Assembly: GCA_964016885.1 (NCBI GenBank)
Contig: OZ024745.1
Location: forward strand, 13,640,001 to 13,704,000
Length of the DNA stretch: 64,000 bases
DNA from: Eledone cirrhosa
Lineage: Eukaryota
Direction of reading: 5' to 3'
Shown: in pieces, positions 1 through 12,000 of the stretch
Layout of the letters: each line of letters begins with the position of its first letter
Position numbering within the stretch: the first letter of the stretch is position 1
Made by a program: the position numbers and the translations under genes
The notes under the pieces: model-generated
Databases searched by the model: none
What the model saw: only the letters and a program-made list of their open reading frames with translations
What the model was told of the DNA's origin: nothing

Positions 1-3000
1 ACACTCTCTCGTCCTGGTAAAAGAGGTGTAGGGACAGCACAGATTGCTGGGGACATCAAGGAATAAACAGAGACACTCTCTCGTCCTGGTAAAAGAGGTG
101 TAAGAACAGCACAGATTACTGGGGACATCAAGGAATAAAGAGAGACACTCTCTCGTCCTGGTAAAAGAGGTGTAGGAAGAGCAGAGATTGCTGGGGACAT
201 CAAGGAATAAACAGAGACACTCTCTCGTCCTGGTAAAAGAGGTGTAGGGACAGCAGAGATTGCTGGGGACATCAAGGAATAAACAGAGACACTCTCTCGT
301 CCTGGTAAAAGAGGTGTAGGAAGAGCAGAGATTGTTGGGGACATCAAGGAATAAACAGAGACACTCTCTCGTCCTGGTAAAAGAGGTGTAGGGACAGCAG
401 AGATTGCTGGGGACATCAAGGAATAAACAGAGACACTCTCTCCTCCTGGTAAGAGAGGTGTAGGGAGAGCAGAGATTGCTGGGGACATCAAGGAATAAAC
501 AGAGACACTCTCTCGTCCTGGTTAAAGAGGTGTAGGCACAGCAGAGATTGCTGGGGACATCAAGGAATAAACAGAGACACTCTCTCGTCTTGGTAAAAGA
601 GGTGTAGGAAGAGCAAAGATTGCTGGGGACATCAAGGAATAAACAGAGACACTCTCTCGTCCTGGTAAAAGAGGTGTAGGGACAGCAGAGATTGCTGGGG
701 ACATCAAGGAATAAACAGAGACACTCTCTCGTCCTGGTAAAAGAGGTGTAGGAAGAGCAGAGATTGCTGGGGACATCAAGGAATAAACAGAGACACTCTC
801 TCATCCTGGTAAAAGAGGTGTAGGAAGAGCAGAGTTTGCTGGGGACATCAAGGAATAAACAGAGACACTCTCTCGTCCTGGTAAAAGAGGTGTAGGAAGA
901 GCACAGATTGCTGGGGACATCAAGGAATAAACAGATACACTCTCTCGTCCTGGTAAAAGGGGTGTAGGGACAGCAGAGATTGCTGGGGACATCAAGGAAT
1001 AAACAGAGACAATCTCTCGTCTTGGTAAAAGAGGTGTAGGAAGAGCAGAGATTGCTGGTGACATCAAGGAATAAACAGAGATACACTCTCGTCCTGGTAA
1101 AAGAGGTGTAGGAAGAGCAACGATTGCTGGCGACATCAAGGAATAAACAGAGACGCTCTCTCTTCCTGGTAAAAGAGGTGTAGGGACAGCAGAGATTGCT
1201 GGGGACATCAAAGAATAAACAGAGACACTCTCTCGTCCTGGTAAAAGAGTTGTAGGGACAGTAGAGATTGCTGTGGACATCAAGGAATAAACAGAGACAC
1301 TCTCTCGTCCTGGTAGAAGAGGTGTAGGAAGAGGAGAGATTGCTGGGGACATCAAGGAATAAACAGAGACACTCTCTCGTCCTGGTAAAAGAGGTGTAGT
1401 GACAGTACAGATTGCTGGGGACATCAAGGAATAAACAGAGACACTCTCTCCTCCTGGTAAAAGAGGTGTAGGAAGAGCAGAGATTGCAGGGGGCATCAAG
1501 GAATAAACAGAGACACCCTCTCGTCCTGGTAAAAGAGGTGTAGGAAGAGCAGAGATTGCTGGGGACATCAAGGAATAAACAGAGACACTCTCTCGTCCTG
1601 GTAAAAGAGGTGTAGGGACAGCAGAGATTGTTGGGGACATCAAGGAATAAACAGAGACACTCTCTCGTCCTGGTAAAAGAGGTGTAGGAAGAGCAGATAT
1701 TGCTGGGGACATCAAGGAATAAACAGAGACACTCTCTCGTCCTGGTAAAAGAGGTGTAGGGACAGCAGAGATTGTTGGGGACATCAAGGAATAAACAGAG
1801 ACACTCTCTCGTCCTGGTAAAAGAGGTGTAGGAAGAGCAGATATTGCTGGGGACATCAAGGAATAAACAGAGACACTCTCTCGTCCTGGTAAAAGAGGTG
1901 TAGGAAGAGCAGAGATTGCTGGGGACATCAAGGAATAAACAGAGACAATCTCTCGTCCTGGTAAAAGAGGTGTAGGAACAGCAAAGATTGCTGGGGACAT
2001 CAAGGAATAAACAGAGACACTCTCTCGTCCTGGTAGAAGAGGTGTAAGGACAGCAGAGATTGCTGGGGACATCAAGGAATAAACAGAGACACTCTCTCGT
2101 CCTGGTAAAAGAGGTGTAGGGACAGTAGAGATTGCTGGGGACATCAAGGAATAAACAGAGACACTCTCTCGTTTTGGTAAAAGAGGTGTAGGGACAGCAG
2201 AGATTGTTGGGGACATCAAGGAATAAACAGAGACACTCTCTCTTCCTGGTAGAAGAGTTGGAGGGACAGCAGAGATTGCTGGGGACATCAAGGAAAAAAC
2301 AGAGACACTCACTCGTCCTGGTAAAAGAGGTGTAGGGACAGCAGAGATTGTTGGGGGACATCAAGGAATAAACAGAGACACTATCTCGTCCTGGTAGAAG
2401 AGTTGTAGGGACAGCAGAGATTGCTGGGGACATCAAGGAATAAACAGAGACACTCTCTCGTCCTGGTAGAAGAGTTGTAGGGACAGCAGAGATTGCTGGG
2501 GACATCAAGGAATAAACAGAGACACTCTCTCCTCCTGGTAAGAGAGGTGTAGGGACAGCAGAGATTGCTGGGGACATCAAGGAATAAACAGAGACACTCT
2601 CTCGTCCTGGTTAAAGAGGTGTAGGCACAGCAGAGATTGCTGGGGACATCAAGGAATAAACAGAGACACTCTCTCGTCTTGGTAAAAGAGGTGTAGGAAG
2701 AGCAAAGATTGCTGGGGACATCAAGGAATAAACAGAGACACTCTCTCGTCCTGGTAAAAGAGGTGTAGGGACAGCAGAGATTGCTGGGGACATCAAGGAA
2801 TAAACAGAGACACTCTCTCGTCCTGGTAAAAGAGGTGTAGGAAGAGCAGAGATTGCTGGGGACATCAAGGAATAAACAGAGACACTCTCTCATCCTGGTA
2901 AAAGAGGTGTAGGAAGAGCAGAGTTTGCTGGGGACATCAAGGAATAAACAGAGACACTCTCTCGTCCTGGTAAAAGAGGTGTAGGAAGAGCACAGATTGC

Positions 3001-6000
3001 TGGGGACATCAAGGAATAAACAGATACACTCTCTCGTCCTGGTAAAAGGGGTGTAGGGACAGCAGAGATTGCTGGGGACATCAAGGAATAAACAGAGACA
3101 ATCTCTCGTCTTGGTAAAAGAGGTGTAGGGACAGTAGATATTGCTGGGGACATCAAGGAATAAACAGAGACACTCTCTCGTCCTGGTAAAAGAGGTGTAT
3201 GGAGAGCAGAGATTGCTGGGGACATCAAGGAATAAACAGAGACACTCTCTCGTCCTGCTAAAAGAGGTGTAGGGACAGCAGAGATTGCTGGGGACATCAA
3301 GGAATAAACAGAGACACTCTCTCGTCCTGGTAAAAGAGGTGTAGGAAGAGCAGATATTGCTGGGGACATCAAGGAATAAACAGAGACACTCTCTCGTCCT
3401 GGTAAAAGAGGTGTAGGGACAGCAGAGATTGCTGGGGTCATCAAAGAATAAACAGAGACACTCTCTCGTCCTGGTAACAGAGTTGTAGGGACAGTAGAGA
3501 TTGCTGGGGACATCAAGGAATAAACAGAGACACTCTCTCGACCTGGTAAAAGAGGTGTAGGAAGAGCAGAGATTGCTGGGGACATCAAGGAATAAACAGA
3601 GACACTCTCTCGTCCTGGTAAAAGAGGTGTAGGGACAGCACAGATTGCTGGGGACATCAAGGAATAAACAGAGACACTCTCTCGTCCTGGTAAAAGAGGT
3701 GTAAGAACAGCACAGATTACTGGGGACATCAAGGAATAAACAGAGACACTCTCTCGTCCTGTTAAAAGAGGTGTAGGAAGAGCAGACATTGCTGGGGACA
3801 TCAAGGAATAAACAGAGACACTCTCTCGTCCTGGTAAAAGAGGTGTAGGAAGAGCAGAGATTGTTGGGGACATCAAGGAATAAACGGAGACACTCTCTCG
3901 TCCTGGTAAAAGAGGTGTAGGGACAGCAGAGATTGCTGGGGACATCAAGGAATAAACAAAGACAGACTCTCGTCCTGGTAAAAGAGGTGTAGGGACAGCA
4001 GATATTGCTGGGGACATCAAGGTATAAACAGAGACACTCTCTCGTCCTGGTAAAAGAGGTGTAAGAACAGCACAGATTACTGGGGACATCAAGGAATAAA
4101 CAGAGACACTCTCTCGTCCTGGTAAAAGAGGTTTGGAAGATCAGAGATGGCTGGGGACATCAAGGAATAAACAGAGACACTCTCTCGTCTTGGTAAAAGA
4201 GGTGTAGGAAGAGCAAAGATTGCTGGAGACATCAAGGAATAAACAGAGACACTCTCTCGTCATGGTAAAAGAGGTATAGGGACAGCAGAGATTGTTGCGG
4301 ACATCAAGGAATAAACAGAGACACTCTCTCGTCATGGTAAAAGAGGTGTAGGGACAGCAGAGATTGCTGGGGACATCAAGGAATAAACAGAGACACTCTC
4401 TCGTCCTGGTAAAAGAGGTGTAGGGACAGCAGAGATTGCTGGGGACATCAAGGAATAAACAGAGACACTCTCTCGTCCTGGTAAAAGAGGTGTAAGAACA
4501 GCACAGATTACTGGGGACATCAAGGAATAAACAGAGACACTCTCTCGTCCTGGTAACAGAGTTGTAGGGACAGTAGAGATTGCTGGGGACATCAAGGAAT
4601 AAACAGAGACACTCTCTCGACCTGGTAAAAGAGGTGTAGAAAGAGCAGAGATTGCTGGGGACATCAAGGAATAAACAGAGACACTCTCTCATCCTGGTAA
4701 AAGAGGTGTAGGGACAGCAGAGATTGTTGGGGACATCAAGGAATAAACAGAGACACTCTCTCGTCCTGGTAAAAGAGGTGTAGGGACAGCAGAGATTGCT
4801 GGGGACATCAAGGAATAAAGAGAGACACTCTCTCGTCCTGGTAAAAGAGGTGTAGGAACAGCAGATATTTCTGGGGACATCAAGGAATAAACAGATACAC
4901 TCTCTCGTCCTGGTAAAAGAGGTGTAGGGACAGCAGAGATTGCTGGGGACATCAAGGAATAAACAGAGACACTCTCTCGTCCTGGTAAAAGAGGTGTAGG
5001 AAGAGCAGAGATTGTTGGGGACATCAAGGAATAAACAGAGACACTCTCTCGTCCTGGTAAAAGAGGTGTAGGGACAGCAGAGATTGCTGGGGACATCAAG
5101 GAATAAGCAGAGACACTCTCTCGTCCTGGTAAAAGAGGTGTAGGAAGAGCAGAGATTGCTGGGGACATCAAGGAATAAACAGAGACACTCTCTCGTCCTG
5201 GTAAAAGAGGTGTAAGAACAGCACAGATTACTGGGGACATCAAGGTATAAACAGAGACACTCTCTCGTCCTGGTAAAAGAGGTGTAGGAAGAGCAGAGAT
5301 TGCTGGGGACATCAAGGAATAAACAGAGACACTCTCTCGTCCTGGTAAAAGAGGTGTAGGGACAGCACAGATTGCTGGGGAGATCAAGGAATAAACAGAG
5401 ACACTCTCTCGTCCTGGAAAAAGAGGTGTAAGAACAGCACAGATTACTGGGGACATCAAGGAATAAACAGAGACACTCTCTCGTCCTGGTAAAAGAGGTG
5501 TAGGAAGAGCAGAGATTGTTGGGGACATCAAGGAATAAACAGAGACACTCTCTCGTCCTGGTAAAAGAGGTGTAGGGACAGCACAGATTGCTGGGGACAT
5601 CAAGGAATAAACAGAGACACTCTCTCGTCCTGGTAAAAGAGGTGTAGGGACAGTAGATATTGCTGGGGACATCAAGGAATAAACAGAGACACTCTCTCGT
5701 CCTGGTAAAAGAGGTGTAAGGACAGCAGAGATTGCTGGGGACATCAAGGAATAAACAAAGACACTCTCTCGTCCTGGTAAAAGAGGTGTAGGGACAGCAG
5801 AGATTGCTGGGGACATCAAGGAATAAACAGAGACACTCTCTCGTCCTGGTAAAAGAGGTGTAGAAAGAGCAGAGATTGCTGGGGACATCAAGGAATAAAC
5901 AGAGACACTCTCTCGTCCTGGTAAAAGAGGTGTAAGAACAGCACAGATTACTGGGGACATCAAGGAATAAACAGAGACACTCTCTCGTCCTGGTAACAGA

Positions 6001-9000
6001 GTTGTAGGGACAGTAGAGATTGCTGGGACATCAAGGAATAAACAGAGACACTCTCTCGAACTGGTAAAAGAGGTGAAGGAAGAGCAGAGATTGCTGGGGA
6101 CATCAAGGAATAAACAGAGACACTCTCTCGTCCTGGTAAAAGAGGTGTAGGGACAGCACAGATTGCTGGGGACATCAAGGAATAAACAGAGACACTCTCT
6201 CGTCCTGGTAAAAGAGGTGTAAGAACAGCACAGATTACTGGGGACATCAAGGAATAAACAGAGACACTCTCTCGTCCTGGTAAAAGAGGTGTAGGAAGAG
6301 CAGAGATTGCTGGGGACATCAAGGAATAAACAGAGACACTCTCTCATCCTGGTAAAAGAGGTGTAGGGACAGCAGAGATTGTTGGGGACATCAAGGAATA
6401 AACAGAGATACTCTCTCGTCCTGGTAAAAGAGGTGTAGGGACAGCAGAGATTGCTGGGGACATCAAGGAATAAACAGAGACACTCTCTCGTCCTGGTAAA
6501 AGAGGTGTAGGAAGAGCAGAGATTGTTGGGGACATCAAGGAATAAACAGAGACACTCTCTCGTCCTGGTAAAAGAGGTGTAGGGACAGCAGAGATTGCTG
6601 GGGACATCAAGGAATAAACAGAGACAGACTCTCGTCCTGGTAAAAGAGGTGTAGGTACAGCAGATATTGCTGGGGACATCAAGGAATAAACAGAGACACT
6701 CTCTCGTCCTGGTAAAAGAGGTGTAAGAACAGCACAAATTACTGGGGACATCAAGGAATAAACAGAGACACTCTCTCGTCCTGGTAAAAGAGGTGTAGGA
6801 AGATCAGAGATGGCTGGGGACATCAAGGAATAAACAGAGACACTCTCTCGTCTTGGTAAAAGAGGTGTAGGAAGAGCAAAGATTGCTGGAGACATCAAGG
6901 AATAAACAGAGACACTCTCTCGTCTTGGTAAAAGAGGTGTAGGAAGAGCAAAGATTGCTGGAGACATCAAGGAATAAACAGAGACACTCTCTCGTCATGG
7001 TAAAAGAGGTATAGGGACAGCAGAGATTGTTGCGGACATCAAGGAATAAACAGAGACACTCTCTCGTCATGGTAAAAGAGGTGTAGGGACAGCAGAGATT
7101 GCTGGGGACATCAAGGAATAAACAGAGACACTCTCTCGTCCTGGTAAAAGAGGTGTAGGGACAGCAGAGATTGCTGGGGACATCAAGGAATAAACAGAGA
7201 CACTCTCTCGTCCTGGTAAAAGAGGTGTAAGAACAGCACAGATTACTGGGGACATCAAGGAATAAACAGAGACACTCTCTCGTCCTGGTAACAGAGTTGT
7301 AGGGACAGTAGAGATTGCTGGGGACATCAAGGAATAAACAGAGACACTCTCTCGACCTGGTAAAAGAGGTGTAGAAAGAGCAGAGATTGCTGGGGACATC
7401 AAGGAATAAACAGAGACACTCTCTCATCCTGGTAAAAGAGGTGTAGGGACAGCAGAGATTGTTGGGGACATCAAGGAATAAACAGAGACACTCTCTCGTC
7501 CTGGTAAAAGAGGTGTAGGGACAGCAGAGATTGCTGGGGACATCAAGGAATAAAGAGAGACACTCTCTCGTCCTGGTAAAAGAGGTGTAGGAACAGCAGA
7601 TATTTCTGGGGACATCAAGGAATAAACAGATACACTCTCTCGTCCTGGTAAAAGAGGTGTAGGGACAGCAGAGATTGCTGGGGACATCAAGGAATAAACA
7701 GAGACACTCTCTCGTCCTGGTAAAAGAGGTGTAGGAAGAGCAGAGATTGTTGGGGACATCAAGGAATAAACAGAGACACTCTCTCGTCCTGGTAAAAGAG
7801 GTGTAGGGACAGCAGAGATTGCTGGGGACATCAAGGAATAAGCAGAGACACTCTCTCGTCCTGGTAAAAGAGGTGTAGGAAGAGCAGAGATTGCTGGGGA
7901 CATCAAGGAATAAACAGAGACACTCTCTCGTCCTGGTAAAAGAGGTGTAAGAACAGCACAGATTACTGGGGACATCAAGGTATAAACAGAGACACTCTCT
8001 CGTCCTGGTAAAAGAGGTGTAGGAAGAGCAGAGATTGCTGGGGACATCAAGGAATAAACAGAGACACTCTCTCGTCCTGGTAAAAGAGGTGTAGGGACAG
8101 CACAGATTGCTGGGGAGATCAAGGAATAAACAGAGACACTCTCTCGTCCTGGAAAAAGAGGTGTAAGAACAGCACAGATTACTGGGGACATCAAGGAATA
8201 AACAGAGACACTCTCTCGTCCTGGTAAAAGAGGTGTAGGAAGAGCAGAGATTGTTGGGGACATCAAGGAATAAACAGAGACACTCTCTCGTCCTGGTAAA
8301 AGAGGTGTAGGGACAGCACAGATTGCTGGGGACATCAAGGAATAAACAGAGACACTCTCTCGTCCTGGTAAAAGAGGTGTAGGGACAGTAGATATTGCTG
8401 GGGACATCAAGGAATAAACAGAGACACTCTCTCGTCCTGGTAAAAGAGGTGTAAGGACAGCAGAGATTGCTGGGGACATCAAGGAATAAACAAAGACACT
8501 CTCTCGTCCTGGTAAAAGAGGTGTAGGGACAGCAGAGATTGCTGGGGACATCAAGGAATAAACAGAGACACTCTCTCGTCCTGGTAAAAGAGGTGTAGAA
8601 AGAGCAGAGATTGCTGGGGACATCAAGGAATAAACAGAGACACTCTCTCGTCCTGGTAAAAGAGGTGTAAGAACAGCACAGATTACTGGGGACATCAAGG
8701 AATAAACAGAGACACTCTCTCGTCCTGGTAACAGAGTTGTAGGGACAGTAGAGATTGCTGGGACATCAAGGAATAAACAGAGACACTCTCTCGAACTGGT
8801 AAAAGAGGTGAAGGAAGAGCAGAGATTGCTGGGGACATCAAGGAATAAACAGAGACACTCTCTCGTCCTGGTAAAAGAGGTGTAGGGACAGCACAGATTG
8901 CTGGGGACATCAAGGAATAAACAGAGACACTCTCTCGTCCTGGTAAAAGAGGTGTAAGAACAGCACAGATTACTGGGGACATCAAGGAATAAACAGAGAC

Positions 9001-12000
9001 ACTCTCTCGTCCTGGTAAAAGAGGTGTAGGAAGAGCAGAGATTGCTGGGGACATCAAGGAATAAACAGAGACACTCTCTCATCCTGGTAAAAGAGGTGTA
9101 GGGACAGCAGAGATTGTTGGGGACATCAAGGAATAAACAGAGATACTCTCTCGTCCTGGTAAAAGAGGTGTAGGGACAGCAGAGATTGCTGGGGACATCA
9201 AGGAATAAACAGAGACACTCTCTCGTCCTGGTAAAAGAGGTGTAGGAAGAGCAGAGATTGTTGGGGACATCAAGGAATAAACAGAGACACTCTCTCGTCC
9301 TGGTAAAAGAGGTGTAGGGACAGCAGAGATTGCTGGGGACATCAAGGAATAAACAGAGACAGACTCTCGTCCTGGTAAAAGAGGTGTAGGTACAGCAGAT
9401 ATTGCTGGGGACATCAAGGAATAAACAGAGACACTCTCTCGTCCTGGTAAAAGAGGTGTAAGAACAGCACAAATTACTGGGGACATCAAGGAATAAACAG
9501 AGACACTCTCTCGTCCTGGTAAAAGAGGTGTAGGAAGATCAGAGATGGCTGGGGACATCAAGGAATAAACAGAGACACTCTCTCGTCTTGGTAAAAGAGG
9601 TGTAGGAAGAGCAAAGATTGCTGGAGACATCAAGGAATAAACAGAGACACTCTCTCGTCATGGTAAAAGAGGTATAGGGACAGCAGAGATTGTTGCGGAC
9701 ATCAAGGAATAAACAGAGACACTCTCTCGTCCTGGTAAAAGAGGTGTAGGGACAGCAGAGATTGCTGGGGACATCAAGGAATAAACAGAGACACTCTCTC
9801 GTCCTGGTAAAAGAGGTGTAGGGACAGCAGAGATTGCTGGGGACATCAAGGAATAAACAGAGACACTCTCTCGTCCTGGTAAAAGAGGTGTAGAAAGAGC
9901 AGAGATTGCTGGGGACATCAAGGAATAAACAGAGACACTCTCTCGTCCTGGTAAAAGAGGTGTAAGAACAGCACAGATTACTGGGGACATCAAGGAATAA
10001 ACAGAGACACTCTCTCGTCCTGGTAACAGAGTTGTAGGGACAGTAGAGATTGCTGGGGACATCAAGGAATAAACAGAGACACTCTCTCGACCTGGTAAAA
10101 GAGGTGTAGAAAGAGCAGAGATTGCTGGGGACATCAAGGAATAAACAGAGACACTCTCTCATCCTGGTAAAAGAGGTGTAGGGACAGCAGAGATTGTTGG
10201 GGACATCAAGGAATAAACAGAGACACTCTCTCGTCCTGGTAAAAGAGGTGTAGGGACAGCAGAGATTGCTGGGGACATCAAGGAATAAAGAGAGACACTC
10301 TCTCGTCCTGGTAAAAGAGGTGTAGGAACAGCAGATATTTCTGGGGACATCAAGGAATAAACAGATACACTCTCTCGTCCTGGTAAAAGAGGTGTAGGGA
10401 CAGCAGAGATTGCTGGGGACATCAAGGAATAAACAGAGACACTCTCTCGTCCTGGTAAAAGAGGTGTAGGGACAGCAGAGATTGCTGGGGACATCAAGGA
10501 ATAAGCAGAGACACTCTCTCGTCCTGGTAAAAGAGGTGTAGGAAGAGCAGAGATTGCTGGGGACATCAAGGAATAAACAGAGACACTCTCTCGTCCTGGT
10601 AAAAGAGGTGTAAGAACAGCACAGATTACTGGGGACATCAAGGTATAAACAGAGACACTCTCTCGTCCTGGTAAAAGAGGTGTAGGAAGAGCAGAGATTG
10701 CTGGGGACATCAAGGAATAAACAGAGACACTCTCTCGTCCTGGTAAAAGAGGTGTAGGGACAGCACAGATTGCTGGGGACATCAAGGAATAAACAGAGAC
10801 ACTCTCTCGTCCTGGAAAAAGAGGTGTAAGAACAGCACAGATTACTGGGGACATCAAGGAATAAACAGAGACACTCTCTCGTCCTGGTAAAAGAGGTGTA
10901 GGAAGAGCAGAGATTGTTGGGGACATCAAGGAATAAACAGAAACACTCTCCCGTCCTGGTAAAAGAGGTGTAGGGACAGCACAGATTGCTGGGGACATCA
11001 AGGAATAAACAGAGACACTCTCTCGTCCTGGTAAAAGAGGTGTAGGGAGAGTAGATATTGCTGGGGACATCAAGGAATAAACAGAGACACTTTCTCGTCC
11101 TGGTAAAAGAGGTGTAAGGACAGCAGAGATTGGTGGGGACATCAAGGAATAAACAAAGACACTCTCTCGTCCTGGTAAAAGAGGTGTAGGGACAGCAGAG
11201 ATTGCTGGGGACATCAAGGAATAAACAGAGACACTCTCTCGTCCTGGTAAAAGAGGTGTAAGAACAGCACAGATTACTGGGGACATCAAGGAATAAACAG
11301 AGACACTCTCTCGTCCTGGTAACAGAGTTGTAGGGACAGTAGAGATTGCTGGGGACATCAAGGAATAAACAGAGACACTCTCTCGAACTGGTAAAAGAGG
11401 TGAAGGAAGAGCAGAGATTGCTGGGGACATCAAGGAATAAACAGAGACACTCTCTCGTCCTGGTAAAAGAGGTGTAGGGACAGCACAGATTGCTGGGGAC
11501 ATCAAGGAATAAACAGAGACACTCTCTCGTCCTGGTAAAAGAGGTGTAAGAACAGCACAGATTACTGGGGACATCAAGGAATAAACAGAGACACTCTCTC
11601 GTCCTGGTAAAAGAGGTGTAGGAAGAGCAGAGATTGCTGGGGACATCAAGGAATAAACAGAGACACTCTCTCATCCTGGTAAAAGAGGTGTAGGGACAGC
11701 AGAGATTGTTGGGGACATCAAGGAATAAACAGAGATACTCTCTCGTCCTGGTAAAAGAGGTGTAGGGACAGCAGAGATTGCTGGGGACATCAAGGAATAA
11801 ACAGAGATACTCTCTCGTCCTGGTAAAAGAGGTGTAGGAAGAGCAGAGATTGTTGGGGACATCAAGGAATAAACAGAGACACTCTCTCGTCCTGGTAAAA
11901 GAGGTGTAGGGACAGCAGAGATTGCTGGGGACATCAAGGAATAAACAGAGACAGACTCTCGTCCTGGTAAAAGAGGTGTAGGTACAGCAGATATTGCTGG

